In this document: positions 49,701 to 59,825 of the stretch, piece by piece
Layout: the number at the start of each line of letters is the position of its first letter
How positions within the stretch are numbered: the stretch's first letter is position 1
DNA from: a virus
Direction: 5' to 3' (one strand)
Length of the DNA: 64,000 nucleotides
Virus record (IMG/VR): IMGVR_UViG_3300015241_000149
Coordinates: 2,854-66,853 of that record
Notes under the pieces: model-generated
What the model was told of the DNA's origin: nothing
The model's database searches: none
The model's input: the letters and a program-made list of their open reading frames with translations, nothing else
Made by a program: the position numbers and the translations under genes

Positions 49701-51803
49701 GTTCTTGGACACCTCGGGGGACAGGTTCTTGATTGCGTTGGTGGCGTCGTCGACCGGCGGCGTGACAGCCTGCATTGAGCCGCCGAACTGCTTCGCGGCC
49801 GCGCCGGCATCGTCAAGCGGCGGTGGGATGCCCTGAACAGTGTTGGACAGGTCTTTGGCTGCGTTGCCGAGCGCACCCATAGCGTCGTTGGTGCCCTTGG
49901 CACTGTCGGTGGCGTCATGCTGCGCGCTGGTGGTACCGAGTAGGCCGTCCTTGAGCCCCTTGAGCGTGTTCACGGTGCCCGACACTGCACCGCCCAGGTC
50001 AGACAACCAGTGCACCCCGACGGAGATGGCGTCCCAGACGACCTTGAACACGTCGGCGAGCTCGTGCATCAACGTGATAAGTCCGGTGATGATGCTAACA
50101 AGCGTATTTATCGAACCAGCCATAAGCGAGAATGCACCCTTGATCAATCCCGCGTTTTGCGCCACTGTCGACGCAATTTCGTCAAAGGCAGGCTTGATCT
50201 GAGCCAATGCGTTAACAAATGCACTGCCGAACGTTGTCGCTATCGAGATGACGTCTTGCAACTCGCCCGAAACAGCCCTAGAAGCCCCGGACACCACGCC
50301 GGAGAACGAGGTAATCTGCTTCTCGCTGTTCCCGATCGCGGCCGTGACCGCCAGCGCCAGGTTGGTGAAGGCAGTCATGGCGGGTTGCACTGCCGGCGCG
50401 AGCTTCTGCGCCATCCCGGTGGCGGCATCCAGGATCTGCGTCATGTCCCGGGAGAACGCCTGGAAGCTCTGACCCCCGATGGTGATCAAGACGGCGCCCA
50501 TCCGGCCCACCGCGCCGATCATGGTGGACACCCCGGCCAGGGCTTTTGTCTGGATGTCGCTGCCCAGATTGGCGAACGCTGTGCTCATTTGCTTGATCGC
50601 GCCTATCCCGGCTTGAACAATGCCGGGCATAGATTGGAAAAACACCTTGAAGCTAGGCGCGAGCGTGTTAGTGATGTCGCGGAAACCATTCGCCAGCTCG
50701 ATCAGGGAAGTGACCGCCGGTTGAATGCCGGTCTTGGCGGCGGCGGCGATAGTTGCAAAGGCTTCCTTAAGCGGCGCGGCAATCTGTGGCAAAGCAGCCC
50801 GTACCGTTCGAATCATCTCATTGATGACCTCATCGAACGGCTTCGCTATGTCGGTAAAGTCCTTCTTGGCCTCGGCGACCAGGTCTTTCCAACCCTGGGC
50901 AATCTGCTTGTTGCCCTTTTCCGCCATGATGGCGAACCCGGTGATCGCCGCGCCGGCCGCCAACATGAGCGCGCCAAAACCGCCGAACGCCACCGCCGCG
51001 ATGACGCCCAGCGCACCAACAGCGGTGCCGAGAGCGCCCATCACCAACGCAGCGATACCACCAACAGTGGCGAAGGTCGTCATTATCCCAATGAGCGCCT
51101 GGAAACCGCCTACCACAGCTCCAATGATGTCGCCGATCGGGCCCAACGCACTCTTCAGGCTGTCAAAAGCATCCACGACCGGCTTGATAACCTCTTGCAA
51201 GTCCTGGAAGACCGCCGTCGTGTTGCCTATCAGCTGGTCCATCGCGGTGACGGTGGATTCGGTGGCTTGAATGCCCGATTCCATGTCCCCGATGCCTTGG
51301 GTGACGTCGGTGATGGCCGTTTCACCCGCGATAAGCCCCTGGTCGAATGCTCCGATGGCCCCAGATGCCGCACCCGCGACAGATACCAGATCTCCGATAG
51401 CGGTGCCCGCGATATTCAGGTCAGACCCGAGCGTCTTGCCATCGTTGTCTAGATTTTTGACGTCATTGGAGAGATTGCCTATAGATTTTCCAGCGGATTC
51501 AGAGTCTCTCTCAGCGGCAGCGACAGCTTTATCAAACTCAGTATTAAAGTCTTGCAGAGCTGTTTTCGCTTCATCAAGTTGCGACTTATCCGTTGTGATC
51601 TTTATCGTTTTATCGCCAACGGCGTCTTCGGCGGTCTTGACTTCGGCCAGCTTAGCGTTGAGGTCGTCCAGCCCCGACGTTTCAACCTTGATGAGGATTG
51701 TCTTGTCGTTGAGCTGGTCGATGGCGGCATTCAGCGCTTCTATCTGCGCGATCGCGTCGGCGGCGTCGGCGTCAATGTGGATGGACATTGAAGAGCTCGC
51801 CAT
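46734..51803 (-). CDS. tape measure protein
   Basis: 1689 aa, Ala/Gly-rich helical, TM segment, downstream of chaperones. Confidence 0.92.
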   Translation of the reverse strand: MASSSMSIHIDADAADAIAQIEALNAAIDQLNDKTILIKVETSGLDDLNAKLAEVKTAEDAVGDKTIKITTDKSQLDEAKTALQDFNTEFDKAVAAAERDSESAGKSIGNLSNDVKNLDNDGKTLGSDLNIAGTAIGDLVSVAGAASGAIGAFDQGLIAGETAITDVTQGIGDMESGIQATESTVTAMDQLIGNTTAVFQDLQEVIKPVVDAFDSLKSALGPIGDIIGAVVGGFQALIGIMTTFATVGGIAALVMGALGTAVGALGVIAAVAFGGFGALMLAAGAAITGFAIMAEKGNKQIAQGWKDLVAEAKKDFTDIAKPFDEVINEMIRTVRAALPQIAAPLKEAFATIAAAAKTGIQPAVTSLIELANGFRDITNTLAPSFKVFFQSMPGIVQAGIGAIKQMSTAFANLGSDIQTKALAGVSTMIGAVGRMGAVLITIGGQSFQAFSRDMTQILDAATGMAQKLAPAVQPAMTAFTNLALAVTAAIGNSEKQITSFSGVVSGASRAVSGELQDVISIATTFGSAFVNALAQIKPAFDEIASTVAQNAGLIKGAFSLMAGSINTLVSIITGLITLMHELADVFKVVWDAISVGVHWLSDLGGAVSGTVNTLKGLKDGLLGTTSAQHDATDSAKGTNDAMGALGNAAKDLSNTVQGIPPPLDDAGAAAKQFGGSMQAVTPPVDDATNAIKNLSPEVSKNGSDFLGAVPPTKQHTQALQQNTAANQQAAQAHKGAGSAAATSGTQHQAAAGSIASAGGAAQDTAGQMDALGTASQSLGTEITTLGDDLKTKLDGALTMVDGDIRNKLVQSITTLKTELKSLDDMVKTLAGDITNVLVKAVNDLATALGTKLVASLKTIVTSLKDFDAEEKALATDTDALDKLVVQLDKDVVQLDKDVKTLTGDLTALDSGVKTMAADMQPAIAGIEALDKAVAKATGDISKLGQAAGSTGQAISKMGSDMSATASQTDNLSKSVQGLDGNLQALDKELKQKQKDLNDTGKAGGDAGKGLGNGPGGLGGGAKQGQGAVDSLGNSVKGFNEDLKQLHQRETELNDAQHELNKAMESGTAEQQKAAAAARDHAAAVAKDARSILEADREQNNFNADMKKGADASKQASTAYDAMAQAVSKAAQSFGVGKQAADQFGQSVANAAKSVGKAASDVVGEVGKMGAAVGKVFRGMAADAKTNMDAMSAWAKTGFSGIGDIARDTMDGMATNVERGFQKMGAAAHGGVGKIASEIASGMGKAVSNFGAAMDKMWHHETDAWAKMDSGTKQGLNKMNGSMQSGMNKFSGLASAGADKAANGVKQGMDKAGNSVQSGMNKISSSARVGIGSLNDLGNAGTSMGNKVKQGADKAGQSAAQGLGQAAQAAQSAKSGFQGAGDAASNAGNHFESLGRQAKKAGLDTNQLKDIMKQAEGGMREAGQAAESSGQQIASGIGDGCKQAGDAAQSGGQKIKSGIESGCQGAVSAAESAKAPLTQAGSDMAQGCADGIQQNTPAPVSAAQSMGDQVSQAAQSALGCQSPSVIMHQAGMDFDQGLANGIKDGSKGAQKAASDLGKSTVEAAAQGATAAAGSATSAGEVFGKSLATGITSSLGFITTSALSLASAATKEADAMLAKMGVLGQAGGGTSIIAGTPPITPASGPANQGGQGGGETHVHCYIDGRDITHTMRVEIKRNNDKLANSVGRQKR

Positions 51804-52634
51804 TGTCGCCTCCTTCCGCGATGGATGTTGAGAAGAAACCCTCAGGGACTTCTACTTCTTCGGCCGCCGGGTCCGCCATGCCGTAATTGCTCAGATCCGC
51901 AACCCCAAATGTGCCGAACAGCAACGTCGGGTCGTCGGCGTCGAGCTCTGTGCGGTCCTCGGCGGAGTGCTCGTACTTGATCAGATAGTCCTTGAGCCTG
52001 GCTGGGATCTCGGGGTCCTTGCGGTACGGAGCGACCGCGTGCAGGGCTATCCAGCCGGCGTTGTAGTCCGCGCGCCGGTCCCCGATCGGGCCTTCGAGCT
52101 CCTCGAACTCAGCCCACTCCGCCAGCTCCGTCGCCGAGATGCGCCTGAGCAGCTCGGCGACGGTCCCGATCTTGAGATGACCGGCTAGTCGGAAAACGAA
52201 TCGTCGGTCGGGTCGGTGCTGGAGACTTTTCCCGCCTTCGCTTCCTCATCGTCGTCAGACAGCCCAGACAGCCGCCGCGCGGTCTTGGCCAGCAGTTCCG
52301 AGCCGCCCGAGGGCAGTTTGCCGAGCTCGGCGACGCCGCGTTTGGTGTTGGGCCAGAGCCTGTCACCCTGCTCGGTACGCAGCGCGTAGGCCAGCAGGCG
52401 CAGGGTGTTCTCGGTCAGGGACAGCGTCAGCTTGGTCTCTTTGACCTGGTACATCGGCTGGCGGTAGAGATCGAGCTCTTCGCCGGTCAGCTCGTGCACC
52501 CACACATGGCACTTCCACTGCGGGACGAACACCTTGACGCGCTCCACGACGGCGCGGATCTGGTTGGGGTTCGACAGCGTGGGGTACTCATCCGCGCCGG
52601 TTACTTCCGGGGTTCGATAGTCCAGTTCAGTCAA
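51772..52634 (-). CDS. tail assembly chaperones (52185-52634 plus -1 frameshift extension to 51772)
   Basis: G-GGA-AAA slippery site at 52227-52233; -1 frame reads FVFRLAGHL...ELAEWAEFEELEGPIGDRRAD. Confidence 0.85.
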
Positions 52635-52658
52635 CGGGGTGTGCTCCTACCGGGGTTA

Positions 52659-53144
52659 CTAGCCTTCGATTGACGCGTTGATGTATTCCATGACAGCCAT
52701 AGCCGCCTCCTGCTCTCCTGCTTCGAAACCGAGCTCCATGTAGTTCTTCCCCACATGCTCGGTTACAAATGTTTGGGTCCAATCCCCAGCGGATCCACCG
52801 CGTAAGTCTGGGAAACTCTGATAACCGCTAGCGGTACCGCCCTCATCGAGCACCCGGGCGTATTTGTAGACTTCTTCACTGGCATTCACGTAAGGGTTGA
52901 CCGACCAGCCGGTAGGGCTGTCATCCAGCTCGACCGCGCCCACTGACGCTTTCAACGCGCCCGGGTGCATACTGTCCACGCCCCCGACGGGCACAAATCC
53001 CCGGACCGAATCCACCAGGATCTCAGCACCTTTATGCGTGGCTTCCCGCAGATTGTCAGGAGAGAGGGCGTCCACGGCACGCTGTAGCATGTCCTGGACG
53101 CCCCCTTTCCCTTCGACCGTGATGGTGACGCGCACATCAACCAT
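52659..53144 (-). CDS. HK97 gp10-like neck/tail completion protein
   Basis: VPV...GALKAS, YARVLDEGG, YM. Confidence 0.7.
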   Translation of the reverse strand: MVDVRVTITVEGKGGVQDMLQRAVDALSPDNLREATHKGAEILVDSVRGFVPVGGVDSMHPGALKASVGAVELDDSPTGWSVNPYVNASEEVYKYARVLDEGGTASGYQSFPDLRGGSAGDWTQTFVTEHVGKNYMELGFEAGEQEAAMAVMEYINASIEG

Positions 53145-53162
53145 GACGGTCGCCTCTCCGGT

Positions 53163-53921
53163 TTAGGTGTAGACCACGCTGCGGCTGAAGCCGATCAGGG
53201 CGTTGAACGCCGGGGTGGTCCCCGAGATCGTCCAGCTGGCCCGGACATGCGAATTCACCGTGATCCCGTTGACCGCCGTCAGGCGCTGATTCGAGTTGGC
53301 GGTGGTGATCGCGGCGAAGGTCAGCAGGTCGGTCCAGGTGGTGCCGTCCGGGGAATGCTGGATCTTCGCCGTGAAGCTCGGCGTGGTGCCGGTGACTCCG
53401 AATACGTGGACGTGCGCGGCGGCGCCGCCGGTGGTCGCCCCGCCGGTGTCCACCCCAGCGGTGAACAGGTCCGTGGAGTTGCCGGTGGTGGTGGTCGTCC
53501 CGATTGGCGAGTTGAGAATGAACCCCTGGTCCAGCGCGCCACGGGCGTCGAACTCAGCGTCCAGGTCGATGGCGCCCTTGAGCTTGGCGTCCAGGTCGTA
53601 CTTGGTGATGACCGACGGCATGAGGATGGCCGGACCGAGCACCGGGTAGCCCGCCGGTGCAACCAACACGTTGACGTCGTTGGTCTGGCCGAACCGCTGG
53701 TTGATGATCTGGTCGATCTGGGAGTAACCGTAGGAGTAGAACCCCTTGAGCTCCAGAGACGCCTTCTGGATGCCGGCCAGGTCGTAGCTGAAGTGCTGTC
53801 CGAACACGGTGGCGTCGATCTTCGCCGCGTCTCGCTTCAGCTTGATCTCGTTGCCATTACCGGTGAAGTCGTAGCCGTCAACGGCGACCGCGACGTTCCT
53901 ACCAACAAGTGGGATAGCCAT
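53163..53921 (-). CDS. major tail protein
   Basis: VDGYDFTG, DATVFG, GIQKA; position in tail module. Confidence 0.8.
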   Translation of the reverse strand: MAIPLVGRNVAVAVDGYDFTGNGNEIKLKRDAAKIDATVFGQHFSYDLAGIQKASLELKGFYSYGYSQIDQIINQRFGQTNDVNVLVAPAGYPVLGPAILMPSVITKYDLDAKLKGAIDLDAEFDARGALDQGFILNSPIGTTTTTGNSTDLFTAGVDTGGATTGGAAAHVHVFGVTGTTPSFTAKIQHSPDGTTWTDLLTFAAITTANSNQRLTAVNGITVNSHVRASWTISGTTPAFNALIGFSRSVVYT

Positions 53922-53924
53922 TGC

Positions 53925-54143
53925 TTATGCCCCTTCATCCTCTGAGCCAGGTTGGCCAGACCCGGCGTCTGCCGGGACGACTAGTTGCCATTCCGCGTAC
54001 TGCTCGAGATCGGGGCCGTCATAGGGCTCCCCGACTTCATACGCGGATTCTTGGTGAGGCCAATCAGGCTCACGGCGCTCGAACCGCACAGCCACGACGT
54101 ACTCAGTTACCGGCTCGGGGACCGCTTTAGGTTTGGGGGGCAT
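53925..54143 (-). CDS. small acidic hypothetical protein
   Basis: AGGAG RBS. Confidence 0.6.
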   Translation of the reverse strand: MPPKPKAVPEPVTEYVVAVRFERREPDWPHQESAYEVGEPYDGPDLEQYAEWQLVVPADAGSGQPGSEDEGA

Positions 54144-54151
54144 GGAAACTC

Positions 54152-54586
54152 CTAGGCCAGTACGCAGACGGAGAGTTGGACACCGAAATAGTCAGTTCCG
54201 CCGATCTTGTATGCGCCGTAGCGCATGGCGGAATTGACCGTGACATTGCGAGTCAGGTGGCCCAGGGTGTCGTCGATGGTGACGTCTTGCAGCGCGGCGA
54301 CGATGGGCCCGTTGGGTCCGATGTGGTCATCAATCTCTTCTTGCGCGGTTTCGATGTCCTGGCGGTTGACGACCAGGGTCACCAGGAGCCGAAACTCCGA
54401 GTAGAAGCCTGTGGGGTCGTAGCCGGACCGGTTGTTGTTGACGTAGTTGATGACCGGCCGGTCGGCATTCACCCAGAGCGCCGGCGCGGACACCGAGTCT
54501 GGGGTGAACGCGTACCCCTGATACCCGGGGATGTTGTCGAGCCGTTCCGCGACCGCGCGCCGCACCTGAACCAGGCCGGCGGCCAC
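54152..54586 (-). CDS. tail terminator
   Basis: VRRAVAERL..IPG...PDSV..PA; synteny. Confidence 0.7.
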   Translation of the reverse strand: MAAGLVQVRRAVAERLDNIPGYQGYAFTPDSVSAPALWVNADRPVINYVNNNRSGYDPTGFYSEFRLLVTLVVNRQDIETAQEEIDDHIGPNGPIVAALQDVTIDDTLGHLTRNVTVNSAMRYGAYKIGGTDYFGVQLSVCVLA

Positions 54587-55314
54587 TAGGCCACCACGAT
54601 GTCGCGCAGGCCGCAGAGCAGCTGTAGGGCCACCGGGTTCATCAACGAGGGCGCCATGGTCATGCCCCGCTGCGGGCCGAACGAACCGGTAGAGATGCCG
54701 GTGCTGCCGGCGACCCCGTTGGTCAGGTCTTTCGACTTCCAGGACTCGATGGACAGGATCTGGCACGCCTGGATGACCTGTGGCGGCGGCGCGGCCCATC
54801 CCCAGTTGGCGGTGACTTGCACGCGGGGGCGCTTAGACCGCCAGATGTAGCCGTTGCCGTAGGCCGGCCCGTAGAACCCCGGCGTGTAGCCGTACGCCTG
54901 CCACAGATACGGCTGCGGCGCGCCGGGGAAGAACCGAGCTCCGAGAGGCTCAATGCGGCGGTAAGGCCAACCAGGAGTGGGGTTGTACGGGAACACCTGG
55001 TAGTCGGTGCCCAGCACCCAGGGCGTCTCATAGACCCCGTCGTCATCCATGTCCACCGCGACCGACAGACCGGTCACCGAGGCGAACGAACCCACTTCCA
55101 GGCCGCGAGGCTTCTCCGGACGGAACACCCGCACGCTGGGCACGCCGGAATTCCAGAACTGGTCATCGCAGTATTGGTCGATCTGCCGGCTCGACGACTC
55201 GATAGCCATGGCGTAGGCGTCATCCCAGGGATTCGGCGTCGGCCGCTTGTCACCCAGGGCCGCTTTGAGCTGGTCCAGGGTGATGTAGGCGTTGGTCAAG
55301 ACCGGAGTCGGCAC
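54586..55314 (-). CDS. head-to-tail adaptor
   Basis: YITLDQLK, SRQID.YC...F, VTANWGW..PP..V.QA. Confidence 0.85.
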   Translation of the reverse strand: MPTPVLTNAYITLDQLKAALGDKRPTPNPWDDAYAMAIESSSRQIDQYCDDQFWNSGVPSVRVFRPEKPRGLEVGSFASVTGLSVAVDMDDDGVYETPWVLGTDYQVFPYNPTPGWPYRRIEPLGARFFPGAPQPYLWQAYGYTPGFYGPAYGNGYIWRSKRPRVQVTANWGWAAPPPQVIQACQILSIESWKSKDLTNGVAGSTGISTGSFGPQRGMTMAPSLMNPVALQLLCGLRDIVVA

Positions 55315-55316
55315 AG

Positions 55317-55807
55317 CTACCTCCGAGTGGTGTTCCGGGCGCGATGGCGCACCTCAGGCCGCTGCACACGCCGTTCCGGGGTTTCCACCCGCTCCTCAGT
55401 GACGAGCTCCGCGCTGCCGCTGGCCAGGAAGGGCGCCAACATCTCGTGTGGTCCCTCGACCTCCTCGCCGTACCGGTAGGCGAAGTACTTGCCGGCCACC
55501 GAGGTCGTGAATCGGACCTTCATCGCGGGTAGTACTCGATCGCCTGGTCCTTGGGCGGCAACGCACCGCCCATATTCCAAGCGGCCTTCAGTTCGTCCTC
55601 GGTCGGGTTCTCCGGCACGAGCAGCACGAAATTGCGGTGGCGGGGGGTGTCGGCGGCGTCGCGCACCACGCCGAACACCTTGCTCACGGCAACCTCAGGG
55701 ACCTCGATGGCCGTCTCCCGGATGCTGGCCAGGATTTCGTCGATGTCGGTGGTCTGGGACTCCTTGAGCGCGGGCTTGTCCACAGGCTTTCTGGCGGCGG
55801 CGGGCAT
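55317..55807 (-). CDS. two small head-region genes (55317-55523, 55520-55807)
   Basis: MKVRFTTSVAG...G.AE; GAGGAG RBS before 55807. Confidence 0.65.
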
Positions 55808-55839
55808 GACGGGCTCCTCTCTTGGACAGCGGGGGACGA

Positions 55840-55878
55840 ACGCAGCCGCGCGGAACCCCGAAAACCGCGCGGCTGCGT
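55840..55878 (-). terminator. hairpin after major capsid gene
   Basis: ACGCAGCCGCGCGG/CCGCGCGGCTGCGT 14-bp stem. Confidence 0.65.
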
Positions 55879-55895
55879 CGTCGTCTAGTGGCGGA

Positions 55896-57143
55896 TCAGG
55901 TCGCCGGGCTCTTGAACGCCTTCACAGCGGCCGGGTCGTCCGGACGGGCGTCCAGGCGCAGGAAGCCCAGGAATCCGACCTGTAGGAAGTCGGCGTAGCG
56001 CTCCGTGAGCCGCAGCATGTGCACGTCCAGCACCTGACGGATGATGTAGGCGCGCTGGAAGTCGCCGAACAGGATCGACAGGCTGTTCGCCGCCAACGAC
56101 GGCATGCCCTGATCGATCGCGTAGGGCTGGCCGTTGATCGTCGGGCTCATGCCCGGTACCGGAATCGGCACCCAGAGCGGCCGGCCGAACCCGTCAACGA
56201 TCTTCCTGATCACCGCAAGGGTGTTGTCGTTGAGCAGGAAACGGCAGTTCTGCCGGTAGGCCGGGTCGAGCGCGTGCTCCAGGTCGATCAGGTTGTTGTA
56301 GGTCAGCACCCCGATGTTGCCGGCAGTGGGCTGCACAGCGACCGTGACGCCGGTGGTGACGCCGGTGGGCTGACCGCTGCCGGTCCCGTTGATGAAGTGC
56401 TGCGACACCGCGCGACCCAGCCGGATACCGAGGTGCGTCGGCAACCAGGTGTCCAGGTCGAACACCGAGTCCTGCAAGATCTGCAAGGAGGCCAGAACCA
56501 GGTTCGAGGAGTACATGTAGGCCCCGATGGTCCGGGTGCCGAACGTGGTCTCAACCTCGGCGACCTGCGTGTTCTCCCCGATGATCTGGCCAACCTCGGA
56601 GGTGCCGTCGTGGGTGGGCCACTGGAGCGGGTTGCCGGTCGCGGTCTGGATGACGTTGGCGAAGTTGATCAGACCGCCGTACGCCTTCATCGTCTCAACC
56701 AGCACCTGGCGGTAACCCGGCGGAACCAGGTAGCCACCGACGGCGCCCGAAGTGGTGCCCTGCGCGGCGCGGGCATCCATGTAGTGGTTCGCCAGCAGTC
56801 CCCGACGCTCGGGGTTCAGCCCTTCCAGGCCGCCGCGCATGTAGGTGCGGAAGGCGTCCTCGTACTCCACGCCGCGCCGGGCTTCGAGCTCCTCGCGGGT
56901 TTCCTTGCGCTCATCCACGCCGTTGGCGTTGAGCACCCGGGAGTAGTCCGGCGAGTCGAGCTCGGCCATCCGCCGGTTGCGCTCGATCGTGGCGAGCACC
57001 TTGTCCAGGTCAGCGTTGGCCGCGTTCCAGTTGGCGTCCTCCTCGGCGGTGAGATCCCGACCTTCGGCCTTGGCCGTGTCGACGATCTCCTTCATCCTGT
57101 TCCAGATCCGGTGCTGGGGATCCAGCTCGTCGCGCTCACTCAT
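55896..57143 (-). CDS. major capsid protein, HK97 family
   Basis: N-terminal coiled-coil delta domain, GGYLVP, GTGSGQPTG, FGDF..YII, VGF....R.D. Confidence 0.95.
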   Translation of the reverse strand: MSERDELDPQHRIWNRMKEIVDTAKAEGRDLTAEEDANWNAANADLDKVLATIERNRRMAELDSPDYSRVLNANGVDERKETREELEARRGVEYEDAFRTYMRGGLEGLNPERRGLLANHYMDARAAQGTTSGAVGGYLVPPGYRQVLVETMKAYGGLINFANVIQTATGNPLQWPTHDGTSEVGQIIGENTQVAEVETTFGTRTIGAYMYSSNLVLASLQILQDSVFDLDTWLPTHLGIRLGRAVSQHFINGTGSGQPTGVTTGVTVAVQPTAGNIGVLTYNNLIDLEHALDPAYRQNCRFLLNDNTLAVIRKIVDGFGRPLWVPIPVPGMSPTINGQPYAIDQGMPSLAANSLSILFGDFQRAYIIRQVLDVHMLRLTERYADFLQVGFLGFLRLDARPDDPAAVKAFKSPAT

Positions 57144-57208
57144 GGCTGTCCTTTCTCGGGCATGCCACAGGCCCCGCTGGTGTGGCGGGGTAGATGGGTG
57201 TGGGTTGG

Positions 57209-58417
57209 CTACTTCGGAAGGCGGAGCGCGACGCTCAGGGCGCGCATGCGTGCTTCCGCCATCTCCAGCGCCATATGCCGAGTGGTCACGGCCGGCTCGG
57301 TCGGTGCTGGTTGGTGCCCCTGGCCAGTGGTCTCACCCGGCTGGTCAGAGTTCTTGTCGTCGGCGTCGTCATCTGAGACTTGGACACCGAAACGTTTGAG
57401 AGCGGCCTGGATCTTGTCCTTGATCGAAGCAAGCTGCTCAGCGGTGTACAGAGCCGCGTTGCTGGCCTTGTTGATATAGCTCCAGGCCGCCTTGGCGTGC
57501 TCCTTGGTGTCGATGGGGTAGCGTTTTTTTCCATCGGACTGAAGTCCCGGGTCTGCGTAGGCGACATCGCCATAGGGTTTCTTCGGGTCGCGCTCCTCGA
57601 TGCCCAACTCGTCAGCGTTGTCCTCAACAGGCTCAGCGCCGGCGGTCGCGGTGGCCACCAACACGACGGCGTCGGCGTGCGCCCGCTCCACGACGCGCAC
57701 CTTGTCCTTGATCTTGTACCGCAGGTCCAGCTTCCGGGTGAGCCACTCGGGCAGCTCGGGGTCGTCGCCCCGGTCTTCCAGCATCAGTAGCCACTCGGGC
57801 TTGTACCGCTCGATCAGGCTGCGAACGCGTTCCCCACCGGCGGCGTAACGACTGCGCAGCGCGCGCAAGCCGGCGTCGGTCTCCTCATAGGCCGGGAAAG
57901 TCACCGGCGACACCTCGAGGAGCTGCACCTCGTTGACCCGACGCACCTCAACCTCGTGCTGGCCGTCGTCACGGGTGATGGTTTCAGTGGTCCAGGTGTC
58001 CTTGCCGGCCGGCACCCGGAACCCGAAGCTCATCCCGGTGATGTTGCCGTTGCGCAGGTTGATCTTCAGGTCGTTGACGTAGCTCAGCTCGGAGTCTAGA
58101 TCGGCATCGACAGCCAGCCCGCGCACGTCTTGAGTCAGCCGCAGCGTGCCGGCGGAGCGTCGTGCGACCACCTTCGAGCTGTCGTGGTCTATCAGCATCC
58201 GGGCGTCGCCCTCGGAAATCGTCTTAGTGAACGCACCGGGAGCGATTTCCTCGTAAAAACCCCAGGTCAACGGGTTCCCGATGGCGGTCCGGGAGTTGAA
58301 TACCGCCGCATGGCCGCCGAACCGGGGCACAGCGCCCTCGGTGGGGATGATGGCCAGGGCGGCAGCGTCCAGAGACAGGCCGCGACGCTCGTCGGCTACC
58401 GGAAGGCTGCGAGACAT
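57209..58417 (-). CDS. HK97-type prohead protease with extra C-terminal domain
   Basis: GHAAVFNS, E.IAPGAF, DHD, MSFGF, EVSPVTFPAY; later RYPIDTKEHAKAAWSYI. Confidence 0.92.
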   Translation of the reverse strand: MSRSLPVADERRGLSLDAAALAIIPTEGAVPRFGGHAAVFNSRTAIGNPLTWGFYEEIAPGAFTKTISEGDARMLIDHDSSKVVARRSAGTLRLTQDVRGLAVDADLDSELSYVNDLKINLRNGNITGMSFGFRVPAGKDTWTTETITRDDGQHEVEVRRVNEVQLLEVSPVTFPAYEETDAGLRALRSRYAAGGERVRSLIERYKPEWLLMLEDRGDDPELPEWLTRKLDLRYKIKDKVRVVERAHADAVVLVATATAGAEPVEDNADELGIEERDPKKPYGDVAYADPGLQSDGKKRYPIDTKEHAKAAWSYINKASNAALYTAEQLASIKDKIQAALKRFGVQVSDDDADDKNSDQPGETTGQGHQPAPTEPAVTTRHMALEMAEARMRALSVALRLPK

Positions 58418-58437
58418 CGCCGTTCCTCTCGTATGGG

Positions 58438-59685
58438 TCATGAATTCGCTGACGACGGTCCGAGTGAGGTGCTGGTCAGCGCGTTCTCGTTGGCTTGCTG
58501 CGCGGTGACCGAATCCAAGTACTTGTCCCCGCCCTCACGCGGCGGAAGATCTTCATCCTCGCGGATCTCGTTGGCGTTCAAGACACCCATCTCGAACATG
58601 ACCCGGCTCCACTCGGCGCGGGCAATTGAGTCACCGCGCAGCAACTGGCGAATCGAGTACCGGGCTATCAACCCGTCGCCGAGGAGCTCTTTGGTGACCC
58701 GCTGCTCGGTGGTGGCCAGCCAGGTGGGGTGCAGGTCGTACATGACGAACCCCAAGCCCTGCTGCTCCAGGCCGGTACCCCAGGTCGTCGACTTCTCGTG
58801 GTCGAAAAGCAGGAATGGCGGAACGCCGTAGTAGCGCCCGAGCTCGGTGAGCTGGAAACGCCGGCTCTCCAGAAGCTGCGCGTCGTCGTTGGGCATCGTC
58901 AGGCTCTGGAACTTCGCGCCGGAGTCCAGCACGGCCACCCGATGCGCCCGAGCCAGCCCGCCGAGCTTCTCCTGCCATTGCACTTGCAGCTTCTCGGCCT
59001 GCTGTTGGGTCAGCCGCTGCTCGGTCTGCAAGATGCCCGAGGTCAGGTTGCCCGAACCGAACAGGGTTGAGGCGTACTTCTCCGCGCCCAGAGCCAGCCC
59101 GATGCCTTGGCGGGCCATCTTGATGGGGCTCATCCCGCACACGCCGTCGTATCCCAGGCCCGGGAGGTGGAAAATCTCGTTCGAGGTCATCGCGTGGGTG
59201 CGGCCGGCATCGTCGGTGACCTGAAAGACCTTCCCGGACGGGTTCGCCGGCGTCGGCTTGGCCTTTCCGGGGATCACGTGGTTCGGCATGATCGGCATGA
59301 GGTACTGGATGGTGCCGTTGCCCCGTTTGAAGATCTTTTGAGCGTAGAAGTTGCCCCACAGGGTGCGGTGGACGTAGCTCAGCTTCCAGAACTCCAGTGG
59401 GGTCAAATCTGGGTGCGGATTGTCCAGAAGTGAGTGCTCGACGGGCTGTTTGGTGGTCTTGTCGTAGACATTGAGCGGCAAAGCGCCGCCCAGACCCGAA
59501 ATCAGGCTCACACAGCGCCATACCGCCGAGAAATTGAGCGAAGTGAGCTCGGTGACGGCCATCCCGGCGTCGGTTGGTGACCCTCCGAGCACCGAAAGCA
59601 GGCTCAGATCGGTCAGCGGGACGGCCGGATTCTCGATGTTGAGACGCTGCTCGGCGTCGCGCGGGGCCCAACGGAACAGGCTCAC
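58438..59685 (-). CDS. portal protein, HK97 family
   Basis: AVWRCV..IS, GNFY, G.SPI, QLLESRRF, GVPP, NEIR..E.LPP..GGD. Confidence 0.95.
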   Translation of the reverse strand: MSLFRWAPRDAEQRLNIENPAVPLTDLSLLSVLGGSPTDAGMAVTELTSLNFSAVWRCVSLISGLGGALPLNVYDKTTKQPVEHSLLDNPHPDLTPLEFWKLSYVHRTLWGNFYAQKIFKRGNGTIQYLMPIMPNHVIPGKAKPTPANPSGKVFQVTDDAGRTHAMTSNEIFHLPGLGYDGVCGMSPIKMARQGIGLALGAEKYASTLFGSGNLTSGILQTEQRLTQQQAEKLQVQWQEKLGGLARAHRVAVLDSGAKFQSLTMPNDDAQLLESRRFQLTELGRYYGVPPFLLFDHEKSTTWGTGLEQQGLGFVMYDLHPTWLATTEQRVTKELLGDGLIARYSIRQLLRGDSIARAEWSRVMFEMGVLNANEIREDEDLPPREGGDKYLDSVTAQQANENALTSTSLGPSSANS

Positions 59686-59825
59686 CGGCGGGCCGCCGCT
59701 TCACACAGCGCAAGACCCAGTAGTCCAACCAGAGCAATGGCCGCATACGGGCTGATCAACGCCACACCACCCAGCGTGAGCACCACGAAGAACCCTTGCA
59801 GCACGGTCAGGGCCCACTCAGGCAT
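59682..59825 (-). CDS. small 2-TM protein upstream of portal
   Basis: 47-aa hydrophobic ORF read from sequence, GTGA overlap with portal. Confidence 0.65.
   Translation of the reverse strand: MPEWALTVLQGFFVVLTLGGVALISPYAAIALVGLLGLALCEAAARR

Noticed and set aside
52227-52233. Programmed -1 frameshift
   Set aside because: Real but routine for tail assembly chaperones; listed as a feature only.
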